From: Pedosphaera sp.
GTDB taxonomy: Bacteria; Verrucomicrobiota; Verrucomicrobiia; Limisphaerales; SIBH01
Reading direction: 5' to 3'
Assembly (NCBI GenBank): GCA_031414955.1
Contig: JANOQV010000061.1
Coordinates: 1-24,822, forward strand
DNA: 24,822 bases
Shown: positions 24,582 through 24,822 of the stretch, piece after piece
Position numbering within the stretch: position 1 is the stretch's first letter
Layout: each line of letters opens with the position of its first letter
Notes under the pieces: model-generated
Database searches by the model: none
What the model was told of the DNA's origin: nothing
Seen by the model: the letters and a program-made list of their open reading frames with translations, nothing else
Position numbers and translations under genes: made by a program

Positions 24582-24692
24582 CGGAGCGCGGACTTTCCAG
24601 TCCGCCGCAACGATCAAAGATCGGGGCGCTTCCATCCACTCTGGCGCCTTGCCACGTTCCACACCGCTGCGGGCTGGAAAGCCCACGCTCCG
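24582..24692. repeat. GGAG-type REP doublet
   Basis: CGGAGCGCGGACTTTCCAGTCCGCCGC (24582-24608) and GCTGCGGGCTGGAAAGCCCACGCTCCG (24666-24692) inverted 23/27, with a compensatory A-T/G-C stem change. Confidence 0.75.
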
Positions 24693-24697
24693 GCTAA

Positions 24698-24822
24698 GAG
24701 CCGGTCAGAAAATTCGGCCCCGGAGTGCGCCCGTCCTCGGGCGCAGCAAGGTGATGAGGCCGAGCGCGTTGGAAAAATCCACACCGGCCGCCTTTTCCGC
24801 GTTGCTGCGCCCGAGGACGGGC
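24698..24822. mobile_element. Second copy of the MITE/REP element, cut by the window edge
   Basis: GAGCCGGTCAGAAAA resembles GAGCTTGTCTGAAAA (23477); 24717-24753 identical to 23517-23553 (37 bp) and 24800-24822 identical to 23600-23622. Confidence 0.65.

Noticed and set aside
23517..24822. 37-bp identical repeats with different intervening sequence, superficially CRISPR-like
   Set aside because: Copies alternate in orientation as inverted doublets, lie 1.2 kb apart, have homologous spacers, and no cas genes are present
1..24822. tRNA, rRNA, riboswitch, retron or DGR components
   Set aside because: No cloverleaf, rRNA, reverse transcriptase or template/variable repeat pair recognised by eye; an Infernal/Rfam scan would be needed to exclude small RNAs

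Overview
GC-rich bacterial window. Gene content (DUF1501, DUF1549/DUF1553, TIGR02999-type ECF sigma plus WD40 Ser/Thr kinase, CxNNLKQIGLA pseudopilin-like protein) suggests the PVC superphylum, probably Verrucomicrobiota (inference). About 19 plausible intact CDS and several gene remnants. Main points: (1) a Ser/Thr kinase-ECF sigma operon divergent from three secreted-protein genes (tail-fibre-like protein, metzincin protease, modular surface protein), with two back-to-back copies of GTGAGCCT-N16-CGCATG between them as candidate ECF promoters; (2) a 1,285-bp segment (3551-4835) bounded by 38-bp inverted repeats with an inner 21-bp direct repeat, carrying one secreted-protein gene with its terminator and flanked by broken genes, including a DNA methyltransferase cut at its DPP motif; (3) many different REP-like palindromic doublets, some nested in MITE-like ends, one translated in frame inside the kinase, and two related copies in inverted orientation around a stand-alone lpxA; (4) a second, C-terminally truncated ECF sigma. 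No rRNA, tRNA, CRISPR array, transposase or recombinase was recognised. Family calls come from motif recognition by eye, not database searches.
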